IMG/VR virus record: IMGVR_UViG_3300017717_000005
Location: 1 to 59,849 of that record
Origin: a virus
Length of the DNA stretch: 59,849 nucleotides
Direction: 5' to 3' (one strand)
A program made the position numbers and the translations under genes. Shown one piece after another: positions 1-6,895 of this stretch (positions are counted from its first letter, which is position 1; each line of letters opens with the position of its first letter). The notes beneath the pieces were generated by a model. It was not told the DNA's origin. It worked only from the letters and a program-made list of their open reading frames with translations, and did not search any database.

Positions 1-123
1 CCGAAGATCGGTTCGTAATACACTTTACCCTTTTCGTCTCGGCAAGCCTTGAGACACCTTCCACGATTAACACCATCCCGCACATAAGACACGTGCACCC
101 AATCAGGATTATCCGAATCACCA
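1..123. repeat. terminal direct repeat, copy A (identical to 59727..59849)
   Basis: Compared base by base by eye: the first 123 nt equal the last 123 nt. This fits either a circular-assembly overlap or a short direct terminal repeat. Confidence 0.9.
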
Positions 124-467
124 AACTCCCAAATGAGCTGATCAAACGTAAGGTTGTTGAGTATATACTGGAAGATCTCACCGTTTGTACAGCGTCCGAA
201 TACGTCTGCGTCAAGATCGAGTGCTCTACCCTGAATGTGCTGACTACGAACTGAACCACCGATGGCAACATTGAGCTCTTCGGAGCGATAGCCGCTCGAC
301 ACGTAGATAGGGCATCCGAAAGCTTTGCGAACAGGCTGGAACACCTCTTCTGCAATGGCTTTAAGATTTTCGATAGTCCAGTCATCAGGTTCATTATTTA
401 TGCCACGACGCTTAGCCGTGGTGCTCTTAGTCACCTCGGTCAGCGTCAGGTTCTTTGATAAGTTCAT
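1..467 (-). CDS. endolysin, peptidase M15 (zinc D-Ala-D-Ala carboxypeptidase/VanY-like) family; 5' portion of a gene that wraps the contig junction and ends at 59714
   Basis: My own minus-strand translation from the ATG at 467 gives MNLSKNLTLTEVTKSTTAKRRGINNEP...VSSGYRSEELNVAIGGSVRSQHIQGRALDLDAD...NPDWVHVSYV...EPIFGKGL (159 aa across the junction). The SxHxxGxAxD and WVH zinc-ligand pattern is typical of M15 peptidases. The start shares an ATGA overlap with the upstream stop. It is missing from the ORF track because it runs off the window. Confidence 0.8.
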   Translation of the reverse strand, partial: MNLSKNLTLTEVTKSTTAKRRGINNEPDDWTIENLKAIAEEVFQPVRKAFGCPIYVSSGYRSEELNVAIGGSVRSQHIQGRALDLDADVFGRCTNGEIFQYILNNLTFDQLIWEFGDSDNPDWVHVSYVRDGVNRGRCLKACRDEKGKVYYEPIF

Positions 468-1348
468 CGGCGACGCTTGTAGTCGTTCAGCCTTTCAAGA
501 AGGTCTTCAGTCTTGGAGGCTCCAGGCCCACCAAATGGACCTTGGAAAGGACCAGCGGTCTTTGGCCCTTTGGCAGTGAGCTTGCCACCACCTGGGTACA
601 TCTTGCCTCCGTAGCGCATCTCTTTCATTCTCTTGAGCATGCCCCCATACGCGAACATATCTTCACGCTGTCCTCCTTTATCCTCAGGGCCAAAGTCGTC
701 ATTGAACTGGGAGTGATCCTTCTTCTTAAAGGATGTGACACGCATCTCAACGTTATCCCAGTTGAACGCGTAGTCTTTACCCAGCCCGCTTTCACGAACC
801 ATCTTGGCAATCTCCTTGTCAGAGGCACCACGTTCCAGCATGCGAACAATCGCCTTCTCCATCTTGGCGACTTTGTCATCGGGCATCGCGCCTCCCTCGT
901 CAAAACGGGGGCGCGGCCCACGAGCGTCTCGCAACTTCTCCAGCAGGTTCTCGATCTTGGATGCTCCTTGAGTGCTTTCTTGCTCTGTTTCACGAGCCAT
1001 GCGCTCCACAGGTTCCCGCTCATAAGCTGTATCCATGTTTTCGCTGTGGCGGGCCTCGTCGAGAACAAACTCACCAGATTCATTCTGAATGATTGGGTAG
1101 TCCTCGTCGCCGATCATATCGCGACCCTCCTCATCACGAGAAACAGCATACTCGTTCCAGTTGCCGTACACCTTGACCTGCTCACCATTAGGGGAGTCGT
1201 ACACGACGTACTCTCTTGAACCCATTGGTCCGTCCTCTCGCATGACAGCACTACTGTACTGACCAGTCATGGTGAAGCTGCTCTTGCCACCTTGTTGCTT
1301 TTGCATCATGGCTCTCAGCTTTTCAGCCATTGATTCGCTATTCATCAT
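464..1348 (-). CDS. hypothetical protein (294 aa), acidic core with Gly/Lys-rich C-terminus (RYGGKMYPGGGKL)
   Basis: Long ORF with ATGA overlaps at both ends (1345-1348 and 464-467). No recognisable catalytic motif. Confidence 0.7.
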   Translation of the reverse strand: MMNSESMAEKLRAMMQKQQGGKSSFTMTGQYSSAVMREDGPMGSREYVVYDSPNGEQVKVYGNWNEYAVSRDEEGRDMIGDEDYPIIQNESGEFVLDEARHSENMDTAYEREPVERMARETEQESTQGASKIENLLEKLRDARGPRPRFDEGGAMPDDKVAKMEKAIVRMLERGASDKEIAKMVRESGLGKDYAFNWDNVEMRVTSFKKKDHSQFNDDFGPEDKGGQREDMFAYGGMLKRMKEMRYGGKMYPGGGKLTAKGPKTAGPFQGPFGGPGASKTEDLLERLNDYKRRR

Positions 1349-1641
1349 CGCTTGATTGGTCTTTTTGTTTTGGTGAAGGACTTTTTAGCTGGCTTCCCAG
1401 AAGCAGGATTGCGCTTCTCCATAGCCTCTCTAGCTTTGATCACCTTGGGGAGTTCTTTCAGGAATCGGTCAGACCCTGGGCCCTTGAGCATGTACTTGAG
1501 GTCCGCTTCGGTTGGTCTATTCTTTTCACGCGCGGGGTTTTCTCTCAAAGTAGTGAATGACTTGTCATCCTTCTTCTTCTTTGGATCTCCGACCTTTCCG
1601 CCCTTCCTGTACTTCTTAGATGTTTTCTTTACTGCTTTCAT
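1345..1641 (-). CDS. small highly basic Lys-rich protein with a KYRKGGKV motif (98 aa)
   Basis: The track ORF 1345..1677 starts at a TTG that lies inside the promoter box. The first ATG (MKAVKKTSKKYRKGGKV) is at 1641, 33 nt downstream of TATATTTG. Confidence 0.6.
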   Translation of the reverse strand: MKAVKKTSKKYRKGGKVGDPKKKKDDKSFTTLRENPAREKNRPTEADLKYMLKGPGSDRFLKELPKVIKAREAMEKRNPASGKPAKKSFTKTKRPIKR

Positions 1642-1674
1642 AGCTGAGTATCTGTGAGTGTTGTTTTTCAAGTA

Positions 1675-1682
1675 CAAATATA
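1675..1682 (-). promoter_or_regulatory. leftward promoter -7 box TATATTTG (Bacteroidota TAnnTTTG type)
   Basis: The + strand reads caaatata. It is the first promoter-like box upstream of the leftward unit. Confidence 0.5.
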
Positions 1683-2327
1683 CAAGATATTACTTGTGCC
1701 CTTCTCAGCGATAAAAGCTACAGCTTAGAGATGTACCTACATCTCCCAAAACCTTTTGAGAAGCTTGATCTTTACGAGTTGCTTCTCCCTTTTGACTGGC
1801 TTCGAGGCAAAGTTACAGCGGATTTCTGACACTAATTTCTGTTAGAGTACCGCTTTAAGCAAATATGCGTAACTGATTGTCTATGAACAGCCTAAAAGCT
1901 TTCACGCGAGGTAGGATCGGTCAACCTACTCGTAATTTTTGTTGGAGAAATGTAGATCCTGGTAAAAAATGGGTGAGTAATACAGATCCTGGGGATTATA
2001 CATATATGTACGCACACACGCACGCACACCGAAACCCGATTCTTGACCCCCGTAGGGGTCAAAACAGCCCTTTTGGCCGAAACATTTTAGCTTTTTGCCT
2101 AACTGACTGCAAGTCAGGACGTTTGGTGACGTTGGTTGAAGCATAACAGCAGGGAAGTATCTCTCTTAGAGATATCTATCGGCGGCTCAATCCCCTCCCC
2201 ATGGTACGGACGTCGCATCACATCATCACCCATGACGACACACTGCATGACGTCGAGCCTCATGTATGCGCATGGTCTGATAGGCTTTTTTACCCTAAAG
2301 GGTAAGATTCTTATCAGCAAAAAAAGA

Positions 2328-2360
2328 TTTGGAAGTGTAGGATTCGTGGCTTTACCTTTG
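2328..2360 (+). promoter_or_regulatory. rightward early promoter: TTTG (-33), 21-nt spacer, TACCTTTG (-7)
   Basis: TTTG lies at 2328..2331 and TAccTTTG at 2353..2360. The first early ATG at 2401 is 40 nt downstream. Confidence 0.5.
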
Positions 2361-2400
2361 GCCTCGGCAATGTTGCCAATCAAACTTCAATTCACTCATC

Positions 2401-2952
2401 ATGTCAGATGTACGTATCAACCTCCTCAAGGAGGTCAAGTCAGCAGTCAACACTGCGTCCTTCGCCCCAACCGCAGAACGCATCGAAGATGCTAAGAAGG
2501 CTGTCCTCTCCCTCATGTCATACGTCGAAGGTCTCGAAGAGACCCCTAAGCGTAAGGCTTCGAAGAGGCGGAAGCAGAAGGCCGCCAAGGCCACCCCAGA
2601 GACTCGGGTCGCCGACCACATGGACCGAGCCTTTCATGGCCGCCCTGACACACCTGTCACACCATCCAAGCGCAAGCCGAAGGCCGATGTCGAAGCGGCT
2701 CGAAAGTCAGCCGAATCCGTGTCACGTCACACAGGGGCTGAAAGCCGAGCCAAGCGGAAGGCCGAAGCAGTGGTGGAGGCTGTCGCTTCTCCTGTGGATG
2801 TCACGTCATCTGACGATCGTGTCGCTTCCTTGGAAGCCAAGATTGACCAACTGACCAACACCTTGGCCGTCCTGATGGATGACACATCACATGACACGGC
2901 TAACGAAGTTAGCTTCTCTGACCTTCCCTTCGACCCAACCACCACCATGTAA
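2401..2952 (+). CDS. hypothetical early protein (183 aa), basic central region
   Basis: First ORF after the early promoter and leader motif; ATG start. Confidence 0.65.
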   Translation: MSDVRINLLKEVKSAVNTASFAPTAERIEDAKKAVLSLMSYVEGLEETPKRKASKRRKQKAAKATPETRVADHMDRAFHGRPDTPVTPSKRKPKADVEAARKSAESVSRHTGAESRAKRKAEAVVEAVASPVDVTSSDDRVASLEAKIDQLTNTLAVLMDDTSHDTANEVSFSDLPFDPTTTM

Positions 2953-2955
2953 GGG

Positions 2956-3009
2956 GGTGAGTATATACACCTTCTGAGTTTACGAAGAAGGTGATATACG
3001 AACCACCTC
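2956..3009 (+). repeat. 54-nt conserved intergenic hairpin element, copy 1
   Basis: Sequence is ggtgagtatatacaccttctgaGtttaCgaagaaggtgatatacgaaccacctc. The stem (2961..2975 pairing with 2986..2999) has 14 bp with one bulged A, and the loop is 10 nt. It matches 4258..4311 at 52 of 54 positions. Confidence 0.85.
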
Positions 3010-3038
3010 TACCAATCGAAACTTCAAACTTCAACATC

Positions 3039-3290
3039 ATGCAAAACGCATTCCCAACCCTCGGAGCCGCTGTGCTCTACCTCAACGGCTTCCACTACGG
3101 CAAGCACCTCGACCGCCTGAACTACCTGTCACGTCACAACCCTGATTGGGTCATGTCAATCGCCACGACTATGTGGTCGGGCCGTGATACCGCCCTTGCC
3201 AAGGACTACCCCGAAGCCTTGGCCTTCACCCTCAAGGAGGCATACGTCCAGACGTTCAACGAGCAAGTAGACGCCAAGCAGGTACACTGA
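3039..3290 (+). CDS. hypothetical early protein (83 aa)
   Basis: The track ORF 2991..3290 begins at a GTG inside the repeat element. The ATG at 3039 (MQNAFPTLGA) follows the AAACTTCAA leader motif at the standard spacing. Confidence 0.6.
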   Translation: MQNAFPTLGAAVLYLNGFHYGKHLDRLNYLSRHNPDWVMSIATTMWSGRDTALAKDYPEALAFTLKEAYVQTFNEQVDAKQVH

Positions 3291-3309
3291 TGAGCCTTCA
3301 GTAGGCGAA

Positions 3310-3325
3310 ACACCCCTTGGGGTGT
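3310..3325 (+). terminator. short GC hairpin acacccc-tt-ggggtgt (possible terminator or processing site)
   Basis: A perfect 7-bp inverted repeat lies 20 nt after the stop at 3290. It has no clear T-tract. Confidence 0.3.
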
Positions 3326-3352
3326 CTGTATCAAACTTCAAATTCATTTACA

Positions 3353-3505
3353 ATGAACAACCACTACATGGCGCAAGCCAAACTTCAAGCCATGCTTGAC
3401 ATCTTTCAGTTCCACGGAGAGAACATCCTTTACGCCACTCAAGAGTGGAGCACGCTGACCTGCACTGAGCAGATGATTGTGGAATCTTACATGGAGGAAG
3501 CATGA
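3353..3505 (+). CDS. hypothetical small early protein (50 aa)
   Basis: The ATG at 3353 is preceded by CAAACTTCAAATTCA. Its end shares an ATGA overlap with the next gene. Confidence 0.5.
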   Translation: MNNHYMAQAKLQAMLDIFQFHGENILYATQEWSTLTCTEQMIVESYMEEA

Positions 3506-3684
3506 ACGTCACAGGATGTCACAAGTGCGGAAGCGAGGACACCATGTGTCTCGGCTCCCAAGAAATCGGCTACTCAATCGACGGCAACGAACTCAAGTGC
3601 CTCGACTACGAATGCCATGAATGCGGTGGCACATGGGGTGTCACCTTTGAACTCACACCAATCCACAGAAGCAACGACTCATGA
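3502..3684 (+). CDS. zinc-ribbon protein (60 aa)
   Basis: Contains two Cys pairs, CHKCGS...C and CHECGG. ATGA overlaps at both ends. Confidence 0.6.
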   Translation: MNVTGCHKCGSEDTMCLGSQEIGYSIDGNELKCLDYECHECGGTWGVTFELTPIHRSNDS

Positions 3685-3851
3685 ACACCTTCGAGTACAC
3701 CTGTTACAGGGGCCGTGACCGCGACGATTGGAGCGAAGGCACCATCCAGGCTCTCACCGACACCGACGCCATCGCCATGCTAAAGCACCAATTAGCCAAA
3801 GAGGGTTACACCCTCAAGAGAAGCAGTGTCAAACTAATTGAAAACAAGTAA
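3681..3851 (+). CDS. hypothetical small protein (56 aa; below the ORF-track cutoff)
   Basis: My own translation gives MNTFEYTCYRGRDRDDWSEGTIQALTDTDAIAMLKHQLAKEGYTLKRSSVKLIENK. Its ATG overlaps the previous TGA (ATGA), and the ORF fills an otherwise empty gap. Confidence 0.5.
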   Translation: MNTFEYTCYRGRDRDDWSEGTIQALTDTDAIAMLKHQLAKEGYTLKRSSVKLIENK

Positions 3852-3866
3852 TTTACATCACATCAC

Positions 3867-4262
3867 ATGAAGAAGAACATCAACGTCCCTTTCATCGCCT
3901 TCCTTGCATGGATGGCCGCTCTCCTGACCTTGGTCAGCATCATGAACACCGCCAATGCACAGGACACGTCACCTGACCCTGCCCCTCTCATGCTCACATG
4001 GGGAGCGCAAGAGGTCTCTGTCAGCCTCGTCAAGCAGATTGTGATTGCTCATGTGGGTAACACGGCTGTTGATGCGCCGTGTGACGCCACATGGGCTGAT
4101 TTTGAGAAGTCAGAGCGTGCCGTGGAGTTTGCCTACGGGGTGCTCCGCGAGTTCACCGACCTGACCAACGTAGAAATCGAGATTGCTCTCGGCTCGGCAG
4201 GCTACGAGAGAGCTATGTACTGGGCCAAGTGGTCCGACCCAATGGGCCACATGGAGTGGTGA
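3867..4262 (+). CDS. early secreted or membrane protein (131 aa) with an N-terminal signal peptide
   Basis: N-terminus is MKKNINVPFIAFLAWMAALLTLVSIMNTANAQD: a hydrophobic core followed by an ANA-Q cleavage-like site. Confidence 0.65.
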   Translation: MKKNINVPFIAFLAWMAALLTLVSIMNTANAQDTSPDPAPLMLTWGAQEVSVSLVKQIVIAHVGNTAVDAPCDATWADFEKSERAVEFAYGVLREFTDLTNVEIEIALGSAGYERAMYWAKWSDPMGHMEW

Positions 4263-4311
4263 GTATATACACCTTCTGAATTTATGAAGAAGGTGATATA
4301 CGAACCACCTC
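4258..4311 (+). repeat. 54-nt conserved intergenic hairpin element, copy 2
   Basis: Identical to copy 1 except for two substitutions, both in the loop (gaAtttaTga). It overlaps the TGA stop of the upstream gene. Confidence 0.85.
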
Positions 4312-4331
4312 AAACAACAAAACTTCAACAC

Positions 4332-4550
4332 ATGACTATCCATTACAACACCGACCTCGAAATTCAAGTGCAGGTATCCAACTGCTTCAATCACAAGCAC
4401 ACCACGTCAGACAGCGCATACAAGCTGTTGGACAAATACCTCCGACACGAGTGTGGCCTCGACTACCACGAGGTGGACGACATCGTGGACCGCCTCGAGG
4501 AGCAGGTGGCAGAACACATCATCGAAATCATCGAATCCAAGCAAGCATGA
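4332..4550 (+). CDS. hypothetical early protein (72 aa)
   Basis: The track ORF starts at 4284 inside the repeat loop. The ATG at 4332 (MTIHYNTDLE) follows AAAACTTCAA. Confidence 0.55.
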   Translation: MTIHYNTDLEIQVQVSNCFNHKHTTSDSAYKLLDKYLRHECGLDYHEVDDIVDRLEEQVAEHIIEIIESKQA

Positions 4551-4783
4551 ACGACCGAATCCAAGAACTCTGTGACAAGCTCGCAGACATCAAGTACATC
4601 ACCCAACAGGTGCAGGACGAACTCTACCACATTCAGCACGAACTGGAGGAGCAGGAGCAACCCCAAGACCATGCCGCGAACTTCATCCGCACCATGAGCC
4701 TGTGGCTCGACCGACGACCTGAAACCGAGAACGACGGCAAGACCATCGAACAACTCATCAACGAATACAAATTGGTTAGTTGA
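4547..4783 (+). CDS. hypothetical coiled-coil protein (78 aa)
   Basis: The internal ATG (MNDRIQELCDKL) overlaps the upstream TGA (ATGA). The track's N-terminal extension is Arg/Gly/Pro-rich and looks like out-of-frame sequence. Confidence 0.55.
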   Translation: MNDRIQELCDKLADIKYITQQVQDELYHIQHELEEQEQPQDHAANFIRTMSLWLDRRPETENDGKTIEQLINEYKLVS

Positions 4784-4795
4784 AGTTTGACCAAC

Positions 4796-4831
4796 GAGGG
4801 GTGACTGCCTGAAACGTCAGGCATCCCCCTC
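4796..4831 (+). terminator. compound hairpin (gagggg..tgcctga-aacg-tcaggca..cccctc)
   Basis: A 7-bp inner stem and a 6-bp outer stem lie 13 nt after the stop at 4783. It has no strong T-tract. Confidence 0.4.
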
Positions 4832-4966
4832 ACTACTTCCAAGGGAGCGCAGTCGGTGCGTGCATGGTTTTCTTTTAATCGCGAGAAATTCCAAGTCACC
4901 AATAGCAGAGGCGTTCGAATCCCCTCCTCCCTTCTAATTTATTTCAAACTTCAAATTCAATACACC

Positions 4967-5566
4967 ATGAAAATGTATGCAGTAATCCACGGAGTGTGCG
5001 GTCTGTACGAAGGCTACTCCGACACCACCTGCGATTGGTTCCCTACCAAGGAGGCCGCGCAGAAGCACATCGACCAATGCCTCGAAGCGTACCGCGACGA
5101 CGACATGTGCGTCAACATCGACCACGACGACCACATGCCAGCCAGCACCTACGTCACCATGACCAACGACCCTGACGACTACAAGGCCTGCGTCCCCGAG
5201 GACATGGACCACGACGACTGGGTGGCCGAGAACGACGCCTCCGTCGAAGTGTTCCGCATCGTCGAGGTTGACGTGTCACGCTACGAAGGCAGTGGCACCA
5301 CCGAGCACATGTGGCTGACGTGGGACCAACAAGATTGCAGTGTGGCATGGGACTACAACCCCCTGTGTATGTCACTTGTGGCTCGTGTCTCTTCCGATGT
5401 CATGGACAACACAAGCGATGTTGGGCATTACCAAGGCCACCACAACCTTGAGCAACTCAACGAGTTCATCTCCTCTGTGTACTACCGCAACCATGCCTTC
5501 ATCGACGTTGACGACTACAGCATGCACGCTTTCCGCATCCCCAAGAAACTCAAGAGCAATGACTAA
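4967..5566 (+). CDS. hypothetical acidic (Asp-rich) protein (199 aa)
   Basis: The ATG at 4967 (MKMYAVIHGV) lies 22 nt after the start of CAAACTTCAAATTCAA. The upstream track extension crosses an intergenic hairpin and a tRNA-like fragment. Confidence 0.65.
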   Translation: MKMYAVIHGVCGLYEGYSDTTCDWFPTKEAAQKHIDQCLEAYRDDDMCVNIDHDDHMPASTYVTMTNDPDDYKACVPEDMDHDDWVAENDASVEVFRIVEVDVSRYEGSGTTEHMWLTWDQQDCSVAWDYNPLCMSLVARVSSDVMDNTSDVGHYQGHHNLEQLNEFISSVYYRNHAFIDVDDYSMHAFRIPKKLKSND

Positions 5567-5705
5567 CACAGAAATAGCAGAAGCCTTCATGTACCTCATG
5601 GGGGAGTATCAAGACAAGCAACACCACGACCCTGACTTCGACGTAGACGCAGGGCTGTTCGACCTCTACTCTGACCTCACAAACCTTTACAACGACAACG
5701 CATGA
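5559..5705 (+). CDS. hypothetical small acidic protein (48 aa)
   Basis: Starts MTNTEIAEAFMYLMGEYQDK. Overlaps the upstream gene by 8 nt and the downstream gene by ATGA. Confidence 0.4.
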   Translation: MTNTEIAEAFMYLMGEYQDKQHHDPDFDVDAGLFDLYSDLTNLYNDNA

Positions 5706-5857
5706 ATGTAAACGACTTCATCTTCATCTGCGAAGAGTACAACATCGATCCCATGGTCGCATCAGAAAACGAGGGTGTGCGACGCATACTCAAGACACCA
5801 ACCTCAAGCGTCAACCAACAGCTGATGCTGTCGGGCTACCTCCACAAAAACTTCTGA
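5702..5857 (+). CDS. hypothetical small protein (51 aa; below the track cutoff)
   Basis: My own translation gives MNVNDFIFICEEYNIDPMVASENEGVRRILKTPTSSVNQQLMLSGYLHKNF. ATGA-coupled to the upstream gene. Confidence 0.4.
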   Translation: MNVNDFIFICEEYNIDPMVASENEGVRRILKTPTSSVNQQLMLSGYLHKNF

Positions 5858-5858
5858 C

Positions 5859-6038
5859 ATGAAAGTAAACCTCGACACTCTCGTTGACCAATACCTCGAC
5901 GACTTTATGGATTGCATGGACCAAGACACGCTCCTTGAGTATGCAAGAGAGCGACTACGTGAAAACATCTTCGAGTTCAACGAAGACCAAATCATTGCAT
6001 CAATAGACGAATTTTACCACGACATCAAAAGAAAATGA
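5859..6038 (+). CDS. hypothetical small acidic protein (59 aa; below the track cutoff)
   Basis: My own translation starts MKVNLDTLVDQYLDDFMDCMDQDTLLEYARERLRENIF and continues to the stop. Its end shares an ATGA overlap with the ORF at 6035. Confidence 0.45.
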   Translation: MKVNLDTLVDQYLDDFMDCMDQDTLLEYARERLRENIFEFNEDQIIASIDEFYHDIKRK

Positions 6039-6358
6039 ACTCCGTACAAGAAAACAAGAACGAACTCGAAGCCGCAGTGCGGTACTGCGAGTCAGCCATC
6101 AGCCGTGCCAAGCAAACCATCGAGTCGATGGAGTTCCGTCAGCAGGCGGCAAGCAAGGCATGGCACGAACATACAGGACGTGAAGCCGCACTTGAACGTG
6201 AGGTTGCGGAACTCAAGCTTGAATACGAAGAACTCAAGACCAACATGGCCCTAATGACCGACGAGAACGTCAAGCTCCGCGAGACCTGCAACTTGCAGAA
6301 GGACCAAGTCGCCATGTTCCAACGCAAGATGACTCGCCTTAGCGAAGTAGACCGATGA
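6035..6358 (+). CDS. hypothetical coiled-coil protein (107 aa)
   Basis: ATG start, heptad-like Glu/Lys/Leu-rich sequence, ATGA overlaps at both ends. Confidence 0.6.
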   Translation: MNSVQENKNELEAAVRYCESAISRAKQTIESMEFRQQAASKAWHEHTGREAALEREVAELKLEYEELKTNMALMTDENVKLRETCNLQKDQVAMFQRKMTRLSEVDR

Positions 6359-6510
6359 CTGACGATTACATGGACGAACAGTGGGCAAAGATTGAAGCCC
6401 GCGTGAAGAAATACGAAGAAACAGCCTCACCCCATGACAAGATGATGCTCGACTGCATGATTAGGGACTGGGAATCCAAAATGAAACTTAAAATTCAAAC
6501 TTATGAGTAA
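6355..6510 (+). CDS. hypothetical small protein (51 aa; below the track cutoff)
   Basis: My own translation gives MTDDYMDEQWAKIEARVKKYEETASPHDKMMLDCMIRDWESKMKLKIQTYE. Its 3' end contains the leader motif of the next gene. Confidence 0.4.
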   Translation: MTDDYMDEQWAKIEARVKKYEETASPHDKMMLDCMIRDWESKMKLKIQTYE

Positions 6511-6895
6511 GTTAAACATCACCGTTGACAAGAGTCAACTCACCGCCTCTCTGAACGAGAACACCAAGTTCAACCTGATTAAACTGAACAGGGAGATGAC
6601 TCGACGTTGCGTCAAAGCAACTCCTTCAACCCAAGGACAGACACCTAAGTACCGAAAGGTCACAGCGCCTGAAATCATTGATTGGACCCGCATGTATCTC
6701 AGCGGTGTGACAGTCCCAGAGATTCAGGAAATCACAGGTCGAGACAACACAGTCGTTAACAGGTACTTGATTTTCGTGTTCGGTGCTCGACGAGCAGGGA
6801 CATGGGTGCGAGAGATGCACGAAGCAAACAGGATTTCAAATCTTATGGACGTAGACCTTGAACCCGTAGAAAACTACATGACGGATGCTGATTGA
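6503..6895 (+). CDS. HTH DNA-binding protein (resolvase/HTH_23-like helix-turn-helix)
   Basis: The segment GVTVPEIQEITGRDNTVVNRYL resembles small resolvase-type HTH domains. It is a paralogue-like match to the HTH of 8728..8961. Confidence 0.5.
   Translation: MSKLNITVDKSQLTASLNENTKFNLIKLNREMTRRCVKATPSTQGQTPKYRKVTAPEIIDWTRMYLSGVTVPEIQEITGRDNTVVNRYLIFVFGARRAGTWVREMHEANRISNLMDVDLEPVENYMTDAD

Larger units (their letters stand above)
1642..2400. promoter_or_regulatory. divergent intergenic control region (about 760 bp) between the leftward and rightward units; possible origin or operator region
   Basis: No convincing ORF. Palindromes or hairpins occur at 1728..1745, 2043..2062 and 2103..2117. 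AGATCCTGG is repeated 30 nt apart (1954, 1984). A CA-rich tract lies at 2011..2030. Confidence 0.5.

Noticed and set aside
455-1219. Long opposite-strand or alternative-frame ORFs inside confident genes. Examples are 455..1219 (+), 14746..15279 (+), 15049..15534 (-), 29252..29770 (+), 35249..35725 (+), 48026..48754 (+) and 51668..52201 (-).
   Set aside because: They lie fully within longer ORFs that have recognisable motifs or coherent operon structure. Their composition is skewed (Arg/Ser/Leu/Pro/His-rich), and they lack promoter or leader signals. I treat them as shadow ORFs.
2011-2030. The CA-rich tract cgcacacacgcacgcacacc, considered as a microsatellite or CRISPR-like repeat.
   Set aside because: It is a single short low-complexity run with no spacer-repeat periodicity. 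I note it only as part of the control region.
1877-2495. ORFs predicted inside the divergent control region: 1877..2146, 1926..2144, 2114..2383 and 2136..2495.
   Set aside because: They overlap each other in several frames and on both strands. They cross palindromes and the mapped early promoter box, and their composition is atypical. The region is better explained as regulatory or non-coding.
2991-3038. The track start codons at 2991 (GTG) and 4284 (ATG), which would add MIYEPPLP... and MKKVIYEPPQ... N-termini to two early proteins.
   Set aside because: Both lie inside the conserved 54-nt hairpin element. The similar peptides are a by-product of the repeated DNA. In both cases a downstream ATG sits at the standard distance from the AAACTTCAA leader motif.
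4838-4933. A tRNA-like fragment in the intergenic region upstream of 4967. It has a near-canonical T-arm, aggcg-TTCGAAT-cccct (4909..4925), a 3' acceptor-like cctccct, and a possible 5' partner agggag(c) at 4842..4848. It also has a D-arm-like gcgc-agtcggt-gcgt.
   Set aside because: I could not build a full cloverleaf. No anticodon stem pairs (catgg/ttaat), and the D-arm register conflicts with the acceptor register. The T-stem and the 7-66 pair each have a mismatch. It may be a decayed tRNA or a remnant of an att-like core. With no integrase in the genome I do not call it a tRNA gene or an attP. tRNAscan-SE or ARAGORN should be run to confirm.
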